64,000 nt of DNA from a virus (IMGVR_UViG_3300042154_004306); one strand, 5' to 3'; positions 29,847-39,904 are shown, counted from the first letter of the stretch. Notes: generated by a model not told the origin, from the letters alone. Numbers and translations: made by a program.

Positions 29847-30422
29847 ATGAATAAAGAACAACAAGAATTATTGGGTGAGGCTTATAAGAATTATTATAAC
29901 TATATGAGGGATGATAGACAATGGGAATTAGATAAAGAAGAATTCATCAACAAATGTAAAACTGAACCTAAGTTCTCTGAAAAGTGGGGATTAAAGATTG
30001 AAGAACGAGAGTTGAGTTTGGAAGATAGAAAAATACATATGTCCAAATACTCCAATGATAGAATTTACCCAGATTGGGATGAAAAATTCTTAAGCGAAAA
30101 AAGCATCCCAACCAAACTAATCACAATAACATACAAAAAAACTACAATAGAAGTTATGAATAAAGTAAATGAAGCCGGATATAATGAAGCACCCAAATTT
30201 GGTCCTTCACAAAACAATCCACCGTATATCTCAGACGATTTCCAAATTGGTCCTAATGGTGCCTATGAACACAATGAAATAGTTCATATACAACAACAGT
30301 TAATCGATTTGTTATACTCACAGGTAATAGACTTATCAATGATGTCTAAAATTGAATTAGGTGATGATGTCATTGCTGAGGTTAAACGATTAAAATCTAT
30401 TATAGATGAAAAGACTACTTAG
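29847..30422 (+). CDS. mosaic/fused hypothetical protein
   Basis: Shares EEFINK.K...F..KWG and RELSLE with ThyA, and PYISDDFQIGPNGAYEH with 327..1028. Confidence 0.6.
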   Translation: MNKEQQELLGEAYKNYYNYMRDDRQWELDKEEFINKCKTEPKFSEKWGLKIEERELSLEDRKIHMSKYSNDRIYPDWDEKFLSEKSIPTKLITITYKKTTIEVMNKVNEAGYNEAPKFGPSQNNPPYISDDFQIGPNGAYEHNEIVHIQQQLIDLLYSQVIDLSMMSKIELGDDVIAEVKRLKSIIDEKTT

Positions 30423-30573
30423 AATTATTATTGGACTTCCGCTATGTCCAGTTCCGATGTTTTTAGGAACTTGGATATGGCTATTTTCAAACACTAAAGA
30501 TTCATGGATAGAGAGTATTGGGTATCTTACTTGGAATTTAGCATCGGGAAATTGGGATAAATTACCAGAATAA
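30406..30573 (+). CDS. small membrane protein
   Basis: 55-aa ORF MKRLLRIIIGLPLCPVPMFLGTWIWLF..., not in track. Confidence 0.45.
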   Translation: MKRLLRIIIGLPLCPVPMFLGTWIWLFSNTKDSWIESIGYLTWNLASGNWDKLPE

Positions 30574-30597
30574 AAACAATTAAAATAAAAAATAAAC

Positions 30598-30828
30598 ATG
30601 GCAGATTTTTCAAAACAATGGTGTGAAATTAATGACCCAGGTATGTCTGGTGACTTTGACATTTTAGAAGAGGCAAATAATATTAAACCTAATCATTATA
30701 TTCCTATGATATGTGAAGGATATGGTTTTGTAGCAATAGGCAAAGATGAGCATGATGATATTATATTAGCATTTAAAGATAATGAAGGTAATATTAAATG
30801 GGAAACTTATAACAGCGTTATTAAATAA
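30598..30828 (+). CDS. hypothetical protein
   Basis: MADFSKQWC...ICEGYG. Confidence 0.6.
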   Translation: MADFSKQWCEINDPGMSGDFDILEEANNIKPNHYIPMICEGYGFVAIGKDEHDDIILAFKDNEGNIKWETYNSVIK

Positions 30829-30845
30829 AACAAAAATAATTACAA

Positions 30846-31160
30846 ATGAATAATCTAGATAAGCAATATACAGACCTACTTCAAGACATACTTGATAATG
30901 GATTTAAGAAACAAGACAGAACAGGTACAGGAACAATCTCAGTATTTGGTAGACAAATACGTCATAAAATGAGCGACGGCTTTCCATTACTCACAACTAA
31001 AAAGATGGCTTGGAAATCAGTGGTAACTGAACTGTTATGGTTTTTAAAAGGCCGAAGTGACTTAAAGTACTTACTTGACAATGATTGCAACATCTGGACT
31101 GGGGACGGCTATCAAGCATATCTTAAAGAATGTGAAAAATATAAGGAAGAAGATAAGTAA
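30846..31160 (+). CDS. thyA: thymidylate synthase, N-terminal fragment
   Basis: [27 protein letters not shown]. Confidence 0.9.
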   Translation: MNNLDKQYTDLLQDILDNGFKKQDRTGTGTISVFGRQIRHKMSDGFPLLTTKKMAWKSVVTELLWFLKGRSDLKYLLDNDCNIWTGDGYQAYLKECEKYKEEDK

Positions 31161-31200
31161 TTTTTATTAGCATCGCCAAAGATATATAAAATAAAAATCT

Positions 31201-31899
31201 ATGGAAAAATACATTCTTTATCTTAAAACTTCCCCTCTTGGTCTTAAATACCTAGGAAAAACTACCAAGGATCCTTACAAATACATAGGTAGCGGAAAAA
31301 TATGGCTAAGGCACCTAAAAAAACACGAGATTTCAACAGATGAGATAAAAACAGAAATTTTGTTTGAAACTGACAATCTGGAAGAATTTAAAATAAAGTC
31401 TAAAGAAATTTCAATAAAATTAAACATTGTTGAATCCGAAGAATTTGCCAATCTTAAAGTAGAGGAAGGAGATGGTGGGGATACTTCAAAGTATATAAAT
31501 TATGATAACCCAGTGTTTCATAAAAAAGGAAGAGCCGATCATTTAAACGGGGTTGGTTTAACTGAGGAGGAAAGAAAGAAAATCTTTATGGAAAGATCTA
31601 AACTTATAGATTATTCAAATCCAGAAAGAATAAGAAAAATAAAAGATAATACAGATTGGAAGAAATTAATTGAAAATAGACATACAGATTATTCTAAATT
31701 TTTAAATATAGTACACGAAAAAAATAAAAAACCTGTTTTACAGCTTGATTTGGAAGGTAACATTATTATGGAACACAAATCAGCGGCAGACGCAGTTAGA
31801 TACCTTAACGCTAAAAAATATAGCTCTAGTACAATAACTAATTGTTGTAAAGGAAAGGGTGAAACTGCGTTAGGATACAAATGGAAATATAAAAAATAA
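31201..31899 (+). CDS. GIY-YIG (Seg-like) homing endonuclease with NUMOD1-type DNA-binding domain
   Basis: LY..T...KYLGKT..Y.GSG; KPVLQLDL.G...S..DA...ITNCCKG...GYKWKY. Confidence 0.8.
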   Translation: MEKYILYLKTSPLGLKYLGKTTKDPYKYIGSGKIWLRHLKKHEISTDEIKTEILFETDNLEEFKIKSKEISIKLNIVESEEFANLKVEEGDGGDTSKYINYDNPVFHKKGRADHLNGVGLTEEERKKIFMERSKLIDYSNPERIRKIKDNTDWKKLIENRHTDYSKFLNIVHEKNKKPVLQLDLEGNIIMEHKSAADAVRYLNAKKYSSSTITNCCKGKGETALGYKWKYKK

Positions 31900-31903
31900 A
31901 CTT

Positions 31904-32857
31904 ATGAATAAAGAACATTTACACCCAGAAGGAAGACCCTACACACAAGAAGAATTCATCAACAAAATCAAAACAGATGATGAGTTTGCTAAGAAATGGG
32001 GTGATTTAGGTCCGATTTACGGTAAGCAATGGAGAAATTGGGATATTAAACCTAATATAGAAACTAAATCTTATATTCATAAAGGAGAGACGCACTTTAC
32101 ATTTGATATTAATGAAAGACAGCCAATAGACCAAATCGCAAACTCAATCAATCTACTTAAAATAGACCCAGACTCAAGACGTAATAAAGTTAGTGCTTGG
32201 AATGTCGGAGAATTGGATGAAATGGTTCTTCCACCTTGCCATACAGATTTTCAGTTTTTTACAAGAGAGTTGAGTTTGAAAGAAAGATTGCAAGTCTGGG
32301 ATAGTAAGTTTGGATTTGCCAATGATGAACAAAAGAATCAATTTAACACTGATGTTCATTTAGATACTCACGGAATACCTAAAAGAGCAATCTCATTAAT
32401 GTGGAATCAAAGATCAGTAGACACAGGATTAGGCTTACCATTTAACATTGCTTCTTATGGATTGTTATTAGAGATAATCGCTAAAGAAGTTAACATGGTT
32501 CCTGATGAGTTGATTGGTAATTTGGGTGATACACATTTATACTCAAACCATATTGAACAAGCAAAGGAGCAGATTGGTAGAGAGTTGAGTTTGGAAGAAA
32601 GGTTATCTTTAGTTAAAAATAATGTAATGAGTTTTGATGAATTATCCAAAGCAAATTATGATGAATTTTTTAAAAAGAATAATATACCGAACAGAACTAG
32701 AGAACCATACCCATTACCAACATTAAAAATTGTGGGTTACCCTGAAGAATATAAGCATCCCAATGACGAACGATTATTTGAAGAGTTTGACATATCTGAC
32801 TTTCAACTTGAAAATTATCAATCACACCCAACTATTAAAATGCCTTTATCAAACTAA
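31904..32857 (+). CDS. thyA: thymidylate synthase, C-terminal fragment
   Basis: GDLGPIYGKQWR, DSRR, LPPCH, QRSVD..LGLPFNIASY, GDTHLYSNH. Confidence 0.92.
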   Translation: MNKEHLHPEGRPYTQEEFINKIKTDDEFAKKWGDLGPIYGKQWRNWDIKPNIETKSYIHKGETHFTFDINERQPIDQIANSINLLKIDPDSRRNKVSAWNVGELDEMVLPPCHTDFQFFTRELSLKERLQVWDSKFGFANDEQKNQFNTDVHLDTHGIPKRAISLMWNQRSVDTGLGLPFNIASYGLLLEIIAKEVNMVPDELIGNLGDTHLYSNHIEQAKEQIGRELSLEERLSLVKNNVMSFDELSKANYDEFFKKNNIPNRTREPYPLPTLKIVGYPEEYKHPNDERLFEEFDISDFQLENYQSHPTIKMPLSN

Positions 32858-32870
32858 AAAAATATAAATT

Positions 32871-33107
32871 ATGGAAAACTACAAATCGGATTACTACAAT
32901 CCAGAAACATTTGAAAAATCAGAAGTTGAAACTAAAATACCTGCTAGTTTAGTTAATAAGGTTAAGCAAACACTAGATAAATTGGAAGGCTACATGATAA
33001 CACCAACAATGGTTAATCCCAAATATGATTCAGTAACATTCGGGATCATGGATATGACTAATAGAACATTAAAATATAGAGTTTCAATCACACCAAATTA
33101 CCTTTAA
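32871..33107 (+). CDS. hypothetical protein
   Basis: ORF in operon. Confidence 0.55.
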   Translation: MENYKSDYYNPETFEKSEVETKIPASLVNKVKQTLDKLEGYMITPTMVNPKYDSVTFGIMDMTNRTLKYRVSITPNYL

Positions 33108-33118
33108 GTAATTAATAT

Positions 33119-33478
33119 ATGATAGAAATAAGATTTAGAGATATCGATCCAGATACTGGAGGAATTTCTCAAGACATGAAAATCGCAACTTGCGAAATCC
33201 TAATTTACGCTGAATGGATCAAGCAAGCTCTTGAAACTGGAGACGCTGATCAACCTAATCGCGAGTATTATCTGGTCGATCGTGAAGATCCTAACCGTGA
33301 GCTCACGTATGAGGAAAGAATTGCATGGTTCGTTGCGAATCACTATGAAACTGGCATGGAGTACTCAAATCTATTAGAGTCGATGAAGACTACTAATCTT
33401 GATAATTTTGAATACATTAACGGTGAAATTGTTAAGATTCCAAAAACGGTTGGTGAACTTGGCCTAGCACAAGATTAA
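33119..33478 (+). CDS. hypothetical protein
   Basis: ORF in operon; contains RELTYEER. Confidence 0.55.
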   Translation: MIEIRFRDIDPDTGGISQDMKIATCEILIYAEWIKQALETGDADQPNREYYLVDREDPNRELTYEERIAWFVANHYETGMEYSNLLESMKTTNLDNFEYINGEIVKIPKTVGELGLAQD

Positions 33479-34716
33479 GCGACTTGTACGTCTAATAACG
33501 TGGCAATCTTTTTGCCGCCCTGCGAAATTAAACTATTTCCGCTATTTGCTCTACTGTTAATTGCAAGTTTAGCAAGTTCCTCAGGGTCAGTTACTCCTCT
33601 GCGAACTGCATCGTTTACGGTTTCTGCAAATTTATCGAACCAACCTGGCCCGTTCCATACTGAATATACAAAATTGAAAAGAAGTTTAGGATTCTCATTA
33701 ACGATCGCTAGCGCTGGTCCTGATAAGTATTTCGTAGCATAAGTGTCATAGTAACGCTTAATCATTTTACCAGCGAGCTCTCGTAGTTGAGTCTCAAGTT
33801 GGCCTCCGCGATATCCCCATTTCCACTCTGATCTTGCATTAGCTGAATCAATTAGATTCCAAAACTTGATGCCCTCAGGTGTTGTGTTAATTGCACCGCC
33901 TGCTTTACGATCAATTCCCATCATCGTTTCTCCCGAATTGCCGTATCTATCATCTTTTACTCGACCGTCATTCAGCATGTCAGGATGATAGTAACCGCCT
34001 TCGAGATTATCAATAACCTTTGCAACTATTCCGTCAAAGTCGTTAACGTCAAGTTCAATAGCTTTACCTGAGTCGGTCTTTTTAAGTTCTGCGAATTTGG
34101 CTAAATTTTTTTCTGAAAAATTCTTTTCCTTTAACGTGTTAATAAGTCGAGTTATTAGGTCAGCGTCAATAATAACGCTAGTAGCAGATTCAGTTGAATC
34201 AGCGGCAGCTGCGCCAGTCAATCCAGTAACCGTGATTGGATCATCAGTCTTTGCGTTAGCTGTTTTTGAATTTTCTGCATGATTACCATAAGACAAATGG
34301 AAGTGTCCGCCGGTCGCCGATTTACTAGGATTAGAGTATTCATCAATGTAGCTAAAACCTGGAGTACCGTCGGATACTCTATCTAAGACTGCCGTTAATT
34401 GCTGACGAGTCTCAGCAGTATTAGGGTTAACGGTCAAATCAATTGCTTGCCCTTTAGTATGGCGGCTAACATACGATAAGTTATGATGAAACACATCATT
34501 TCCACTAGTTACCTTAATCTTTACGGTTGGCGCAATTTTCTTAAATTCATCAAGCACCACTTCCACAATTTTTGCTATGTCAGCTGTAATATCTCCACCG
34601 CTACTAAGCTCTTTGGATTTTTCAGAATAGCCAAGAGTCGTTAATTTATCCCGAAGTTCGTCAGCCTGTGCAGCTTCCAATATTAACTTTTTAAAATCAG
34701 TATACGAGCCAATCAT
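33475..34716 (-). CDS. peptidoglycan hydrolase: M15-like peptidase plus GH108-like lysozyme
   Basis: SRHTKGQAID...GGHFHLS; EGGY...D...GETMMGI. Confidence 0.7.
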   Translation of the reverse strand: MIGSYTDFKKLILEAAQADELRDKLTTLGYSEKSKELSSGGDITADIAKIVEVVLDEFKKIAPTVKIKVTSGNDVFHHNLSYVSRHTKGQAIDLTVNPNTAETRQQLTAVLDRVSDGTPGFSYIDEYSNPSKSATGGHFHLSYGNHAENSKTANAKTDDPITVTGLTGAAAADSTESATSVIIDADLITRLINTLKEKNFSEKNLAKFAELKKTDSGKAIELDVNDFDGIVAKVIDNLEGGYYHPDMLNDGRVKDDRYGNSGETMMGIDRKAGGAINTTPEGIKFWNLIDSANARSEWKWGYRGGQLETQLRELAGKMIKRYYDTYATKYLSGPALAIVNENPKLLFNFVYSVWNGPGWFDKFAETVNDAVRRGVTDPEELAKLAINSRANSGNSLISQGGKKIATLLDVQVA

Positions 34717-35093
34717 TAGATTCCCTGGTCTTTTTTAGTGTCCTCATTGAACTTCTTGATCGCAGCTGCGGTTTCTGGTCCAAAATAACCATCCACGCCC
34801 CAGTTAGGCAGAGAGTAGCCTAAAAAGGTTAAAGCAGCCTGAATGTTCTCTACCATTTTAGAATACTGGAATTCTCCCTGTTTTTGAACAACGATCGATT
34901 TGCCAGCTTTTGCAAAATCTTCTAATGTTTTGTAAAAGTCAGATAGAGTATCGTCAGTTATTCCTTGCTTAGCAGAAGTTTCCTTCTTTTTTGCCTCGCC
35001 CTCTTCACTCTTACCAGTCAACCAGTCTTTGAACGTGCCTTCATTCATTGACCTGAAGTCTCTGAACGGCTTAATCATTTTTAAACTTTCCAT
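34716..35093 (-). CDS. peptidoglycan-binding domain protein
   Basis: IQAAL.FLGY...GVDGYFGPETAAAIKKF. Confidence 0.8.
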   Translation of the reverse strand: MESLKMIKPFRDFRSMNEGTFKDWLTGKSEEGEAKKKETSAKQGITDDTLSDFYKTLEDFAKAGKSIVVQKQGEFQYSKMVENIQAALTFLGYSLPNWGVDGYFGPETAAAIKKFNEDTKKDQGI

Positions 35094-35129
35094 ATTTCTT
35101 GTGTAATATATTGTAAATTTATTTATCCG

Positions 35130-35885
35130 ATGTCAGAATCAATAAAGAGAGTCGTAATGAATGGTTTCCGATACTACCAAGTATCAGATTCAACTGGAAT
35201 AGTCGGAACATTTCCAAGTGTAACCTCAGTCCTGGGTGAAACTTCTGATAAGAGTGGGCTTGATGCTTGGCGAAACAGAGTTGGCCATCAAAAGGCTGAT
35301 CAAATAGGTAAGGACGCGGCCAACCGTGGAACTGTCATGCACAGATTGTGTGAAATTTATCTTAACTTACCTCAGTCAATGTCGGTCAAGGACAGGCTTG
35401 AGGATACCCTGTCATTGGCAAGGCTAGACGACGAGATTGATCAATTTGACAATCGAGCAAAAATAGTCGGCGGCATGCTCTTCTATAACTTCATAAAGTC
35501 AAATTCATTCGATGAAATTAAACGAGTGATTGCTCAGGAGAAATTCCTATGGACCGCTAGAGATGGTGGATTTGCTGGTGCTGTGGATAATGTGTCAGAA
35601 TTAATAACGAACGATGTTGCAATAGTTGATTTCAAGACCGCTCGTAAACCAAAGGACGAGAAATGGATTGAAGATTACAAGCACCAAGTGGCAGCATATT
35701 CGGTAGCCGTTTGGGATAGAATGCAGGTAAAGGCAGTTACGTGTAGAATCTGGATCTCAAATGAGGTCACCATCGCTCCTCAGCACTTCAGAATGGACTC
35801 AAGCGAGATGCGTGAGTACTACTTTAAATTTAGAGAAAGGCTCTCCAAGTTTTACGAAATGCATCCTCCTATTATAGTTCAATAG
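35130..35885 (+). CDS. PD-(D/E)XK Cas4-like exonuclease
   Basis: PSVTSVL, RGT.MH, E..L, AG.VD, VDFKT, Q..AY. Confidence 0.85.
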   Translation: MSESIKRVVMNGFRYYQVSDSTGIVGTFPSVTSVLGETSDKSGLDAWRNRVGHQKADQIGKDAANRGTVMHRLCEIYLNLPQSMSVKDRLEDTLSLARLDDEIDQFDNRAKIVGGMLFYNFIKSNSFDEIKRVIAQEKFLWTARDGGFAGAVDNVSELITNDVAIVDFKTARKPKDEKWIEDYKHQVAAYSVAVWDRMQVKAVTCRIWISNEVTIAPQHFRMDSSEMREYYFKFRERLSKFYEMHPPIIVQ

Positions 35886-37851
35886 GGTCTCCAACCAACT
35901 TTCTCAATAGGTCAAGACGAACTGCAGTAGGTCTCTCTCCTCCACCGAAAGTATTCATGTAGATGAATGGTTGATTTGCAGTATTTCTGGTTGTGTAATC
36001 GCATTTGGCTAGGATTCCCCAGTTATTCATGTGATTCGCGATGTAGTAATGATCTCCGCCTCGTGCACTAAGTTTATCATCTTCAGTAACCGGCTCAACT
36101 CGATAAGCAGTTAGGCCAAGCCCAGTGAATGGAGGTTGAATTGATTTACCTGTTACCAAGTTGATTATCACAGAATTTCGTGGATTTGAAATTAATTCTT
36201 CAGGCGTCTCAATTGGTCTAACCGATCTACCTTGAGGGCCTATTCTTTTAAATGCTGCGAATACTGGAATACCGGTGTATCCTCTAAGTTGATCTCTTTG
36301 AGATGGTGCTAATAATATGAACTTAACAAAATCGCCAGTTCTCGCTTTCTTTAATAGATCGATTGATTGTAATGAAGGTCTATTAATTGTCAACTGCTTT
36401 AAATCACGACCGTTTGTCGGTAACCCGCCGAAAGTGTCTTTTGATCCAGCCCTCTCAGTATTCTCTTGACGTTCTCTTTCAACTCGCTGTCTTTCAGCTT
36501 CTCTTTCAGCTTCTCTACGTCTTTCAAGGTCTTCTGGGTCCAATAGAGACTGGACGTATCTTTTTTCGAGCGAAGTTAAGTTAATTGCATCGAGGTCAGG
36601 GATACTTTCTAAATTAATTTTAATCCATGAGGTTTTATCAGAAGTAGTGCGAAAATCATTCGATTGACCTGGAGAGATTTCACCAGCATCAATTCTAATC
36701 GCATCTGCTATTTTAACCGCAACGTAACTACGACCGTCTTGTGCAACTACTCTACGAATCGGTAGATCTTGGTAACTTGAGTTGTACAAGTATTGTTTAA
36801 CGACGATGAAGTCTCCGATATTCCACTCAGCGTCAGGATCTGCACCGAACTGGGTAAGTCTAGTAGCAAGGAGCTGACGTGTCTCAGCCTCTTGTCGTGC
36901 TTGAAGTTCACGGCGTTCAGTTTCTTCACGTTCAGCTCTTTCTCTTTCAAGGCGTTGAGATTCGGTTCGAGCAGCGATGATCTGTTCTTTTCTTTCAGGA
37001 GTTAATCTGGTCTGATTTAAAAGCTCATCTATATAACTTGGGTGAAGTTTAGTTAGGAACGTATCTGGCATTATTGCAAGAAGTTCATCGTCCATGTCAA
37101 AACGATCGCTCTTTGTGTTGTTTAATCCGATTGTGCTAGTTATAAATATTTGAGCAACATCAACTTTTTCTCTGTCAGGTAAAGTTGTTTTATCGATGGC
37201 CATCCAGTTAGAAGGCCCGATTATTGCATGACAATCGTCCTCAGAAGGAGATCCATCAGGATTTGCTTTGTAATCTAGCATTGATCCCCAAGCTTTATCC
37301 TTTTCTCTTGTGCCTGACGTATTTGAGGATATGTAACCCGCGTATTTTAATAGAGTTCGATAAAGTTTATAACCAAGACCGGTTCCCCTAAGACCAGCTG
37401 GAATTCCGCCATTTGGAAAATGACTTCGTTGTGAATCAGAAGGACCTTCTGTTCTAAAATGAATTGCATTGCTATTATTTGGATAGATGTCTTTCCAATA
37501 GCCAAAATTACTAGTGAATCGATTTTCATCGATCCCCTTTAATTCATTCATCAAGTCAACTATTTCTTGTGGAAACTTAGGATAATAACTTCTAGTGTTT
37601 GAAGGTTTTTCCATCGTTATTTGAGTCCTAGGAATATTCTTTAAAGCTTGTTCCAACTCTGCTGCAACTTGCGTGAATGATCTAGCAGGTGGGCGATTTG
37701 CCATTTGCTCTCTTCGTCTAATGGTTTCTTGACGAATTGTTCCCATTTGACTACCTGAAAGTCTTTCGGGTCTTTTAACTCCCATTTCGTCAACTAGGCC
37801 ATCTTTGTTTAGATTGGATTCGTTGACCATGTCAATAAATGAATTTATCAT
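35872..37851 (-). CDS. large late protein with GNAT-like acetyl-CoA motif
   Basis: IPAGLRGTGLGYKLYRTLL; charged coiled segments; late motif. Confidence 0.55.
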   Translation of the reverse strand: MINSFIDMVNESNLNKDGLVDEMGVKRPERLSGSQMGTIRQETIRRREQMANRPPARSFTQVAAELEQALKNIPRTQITMEKPSNTRSYYPKFPQEIVDLMNELKGIDENRFTSNFGYWKDIYPNNSNAIHFRTEGPSDSQRSHFPNGGIPAGLRGTGLGYKLYRTLLKYAGYISSNTSGTREKDKAWGSMLDYKANPDGSPSEDDCHAIIGPSNWMAIDKTTLPDREKVDVAQIFITSTIGLNNTKSDRFDMDDELLAIMPDTFLTKLHPSYIDELLNQTRLTPERKEQIIAARTESQRLERERAEREETERRELQARQEAETRQLLATRLTQFGADPDAEWNIGDFIVVKQYLYNSSYQDLPIRRVVAQDGRSYVAVKIADAIRIDAGEISPGQSNDFRTTSDKTSWIKINLESIPDLDAINLTSLEKRYVQSLLDPEDLERRREAEREAERQRVERERQENTERAGSKDTFGGLPTNGRDLKQLTINRPSLQSIDLLKKARTGDFVKFILLAPSQRDQLRGYTGIPVFAAFKRIGPQGRSVRPIETPEELISNPRNSVIINLVTGKSIQPPFTGLGLTAYRVEPVTEDDKLSARGGDHYYIANHMNNWGILAKCDYTTRNTANQPFIYMNTFGGGERPTAVRLDLLRKLVGDPIEL

Positions 37852-37919
37852 GAATATAAAAATTACTTTGAGTTATTTATTTTCGGAACCGCTGATCATT
37901 CCATAGTAAAAGATGCAGT

Positions 37920-38639
37920 ATGCAAAAGATAACATTCAATAAGAAATCAATTTTAATCTCATTTTGGGATGAATCTAGTGAAAAGTGGATTGACCGAAGT
38001 ATCACTGAGTCTGAATTACCTATTTCCTGGTATTTGCCGTATGAAGTATTCATTGAACCAAAGGTCACGATTCGAGACGTTATCAAACTTCTTGAACCGT
38101 ATACTGATCAGCTGAATTTCATATTCATTAACTACATGAGAGGCCTTCCGTTTGATGAGCTAGTAAAATTATTGAACTCGGCCAAGATTGAAAAATCTAA
38201 AGTGAAGGTTGACGCAGTGTGCCTGATCTGGGTTGGCGAAATAAAACCAGTAGAAGGAGATGAAGACTCTGTGGATATTTACCCAACCTTAATGGCATTA
38301 GCGATTGATGAGCTTGACCCAGAAGGAGAGGATGATACGTTTCATTCAATATTAGATATTAATATTAAGCAATTACTTGAGTCAGAATTAGTAGTTGATG
38401 ATCTATTGGAACTTTACCGAGAAGAAGAGCCTGCTGATACTGAGTTTAGCGGAATCTCTGGCTGGAGCCTCTTCGATTTCATGCGCGGTCTTCTTGGTGA
38501 ATTGGTGATGTATGCATTCGCTAATCGAATGGTTCAGCTATCCGAGCTCTCAAATCTTCCGCCGTTGACCGCTGATGAACTATTTAAGCACATGGAAAAT
38601 TTGGATAAATTTTTTAAGAACGGCAAGTCGATCGACTAA
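37920..38639 (+). CDS. hypothetical acidic protein
   Basis: 239-aa ORF. Confidence 0.6.
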   Translation: MQKITFNKKSILISFWDESSEKWIDRSITESELPISWYLPYEVFIEPKVTIRDVIKLLEPYTDQLNFIFINYMRGLPFDELVKLLNSAKIEKSKVKVDAVCLIWVGEIKPVEGDEDSVDIYPTLMALAIDELDPEGEDDTFHSILDINIKQLLESELVVDDLLELYREEEPADTEFSGISGWSLFDFMRGLLGELVMYAFANRMVQLSELSNLPPLTADELFKHMENLDKFFKNGKSID

Positions 38640-38734
38640 TTAAGTATAATATCTTTACGACTAATAACTATTAACCCTATGATTGCCGATTGGAGCTAAC
38701 AACCGTGTTAGCTCCTTTTTGGTATAATAATACT

Positions 38735-39754
38735 ATGAGAACCCAAAAAATAAAAACTTTCTATAATGACCGTCAAGTTCTAGCACAGGACTCTTACTCT
38801 AACTACAGTAAGTCCCCGCTAAAACCCAAGCTATTATTGGAATACTTTAGCCAAAAGGGTCTAATTAATCATTTTTCAGTGACTGATGACTTTGCACCCT
38901 ATTCTAAACACGATTTTAAATTAGCTCACGAAACTGGCTACATTGACGAATTCTTTAAAGGAACTGGCCGCTGCCGCTCAAATGGGCTTTCCTGGTCAAA
39001 ACAATTCGCTGAGTCTGTAAGATACACGAATGCATCATTGCATGCAGCAATACGAAATTCAATAGTGAATCCAGCCGAGGTTAGCTTTAGCCCAACCAGT
39101 GGATTTCACCATGCACGCCCAAGCGGTGGAAGTGGATACTGCACCTTTAGTGGTCAAGTTATTGCTTCACTAAAGATTTACCAGGAGTTTGGACTAAGCG
39201 GCGCCTATCTTGATCTAGACGGCCATTTCGGCAATTCAATTGAGGACAGCCGAGCCTTTTGTAAGGATCTAAACTCAGCGATTCCTCACGACTTTAATAT
39301 TAATCCAGCCGGCCATGATTCAGACTACTTGGCAGATTTAGCTAAATGGTTGGAGAGACTAAAGCATGCAATCATTACTGACAAAATTCAGTATGTGGTT
39401 TGGTGCCATGGGGCAGATTCTCACGCTGACGATAATCTAGGAAGCCAATGTGAAACTGATTACTGGACAGCATGTTCAACTCTTTTTTGGAGTTGGGTGA
39501 AAGAGATGGATGAAATATTAGGTCGACCTCTACCCGTTTCGTGCGCGTTATTCGGTGGATATCGAGATGATGATTATACGTCAGTATTAAGTTTACACAC
39601 TGCCGATTTCGTTGAGTGCCTTACTAAGTTACTGGACGTGGACGTTAAATATACTATAGAGGTAAAGCCTCGCCTAAAAATGGGATACTATAATGACAAA
39701 CGCATTACCGGAAAGAGAAGATGGTCAAGAAAGAGAATGGATCAAGAAATATAA
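38735..39754 (+). CDS. histone deacetylase-superfamily protein
   Basis: GFHHA..GSGYCTF, LDLDGHFGN, GADSH.DD.LG, GGY. Confidence 0.9.
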   Translation: MRTQKIKTFYNDRQVLAQDSYSNYSKSPLKPKLLLEYFSQKGLINHFSVTDDFAPYSKHDFKLAHETGYIDEFFKGTGRCRSNGLSWSKQFAESVRYTNASLHAAIRNSIVNPAEVSFSPTSGFHHARPSGGSGYCTFSGQVIASLKIYQEFGLSGAYLDLDGHFGNSIEDSRAFCKDLNSAIPHDFNINPAGHDSDYLADLAKWLERLKHAIITDKIQYVVWCHGADSHADDNLGSQCETDYWTACSTLFWSWVKEMDEILGRPLPVSCALFGGYRDDDYTSVLSLHTADFVECLTKLLDVDVKYTIEVKPRLKMGYYNDKRITGKRRWSRKRMDQEI

Positions 39755-39890
39755 CGATGTTTATAAAAAGGGAATCACCTCAGTCTACTGGAATGAAATC
39801 CTAACCATAATAAAATATCTAGAAAGTAAAGAGGAGTATGAAAAGTGCCAGGACCTCTGGGAATACTATCAATCAATTACAGGTCATTAA
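39693..39890 (+). CDS. UVR-motif small protein
   Basis: EEYEKCQDL. Confidence 0.5.
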   Translation: MTNALPEREDGQEREWIKKYNDVYKKGITSVYWNEILTIIKYLESKEEYEKCQDLWEYYQSITGH

Positions 39891-39904
39891 AAAAGTTACA
39901 AATT

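Noticed and set aside
31160-31904. Group I intron or intein in thyA
   Set aside because: Only 40 and 4 non-coding bp flank the endonuclease; in-frame stops and no intein terminal residues.
35130-35885. Cas4 as evidence of CRISPR-Cas
   Set aside because: Stand-alone PD-(D/E)XK exonuclease typical of large phages; no Fe-S cysteine set, cas1 or array.
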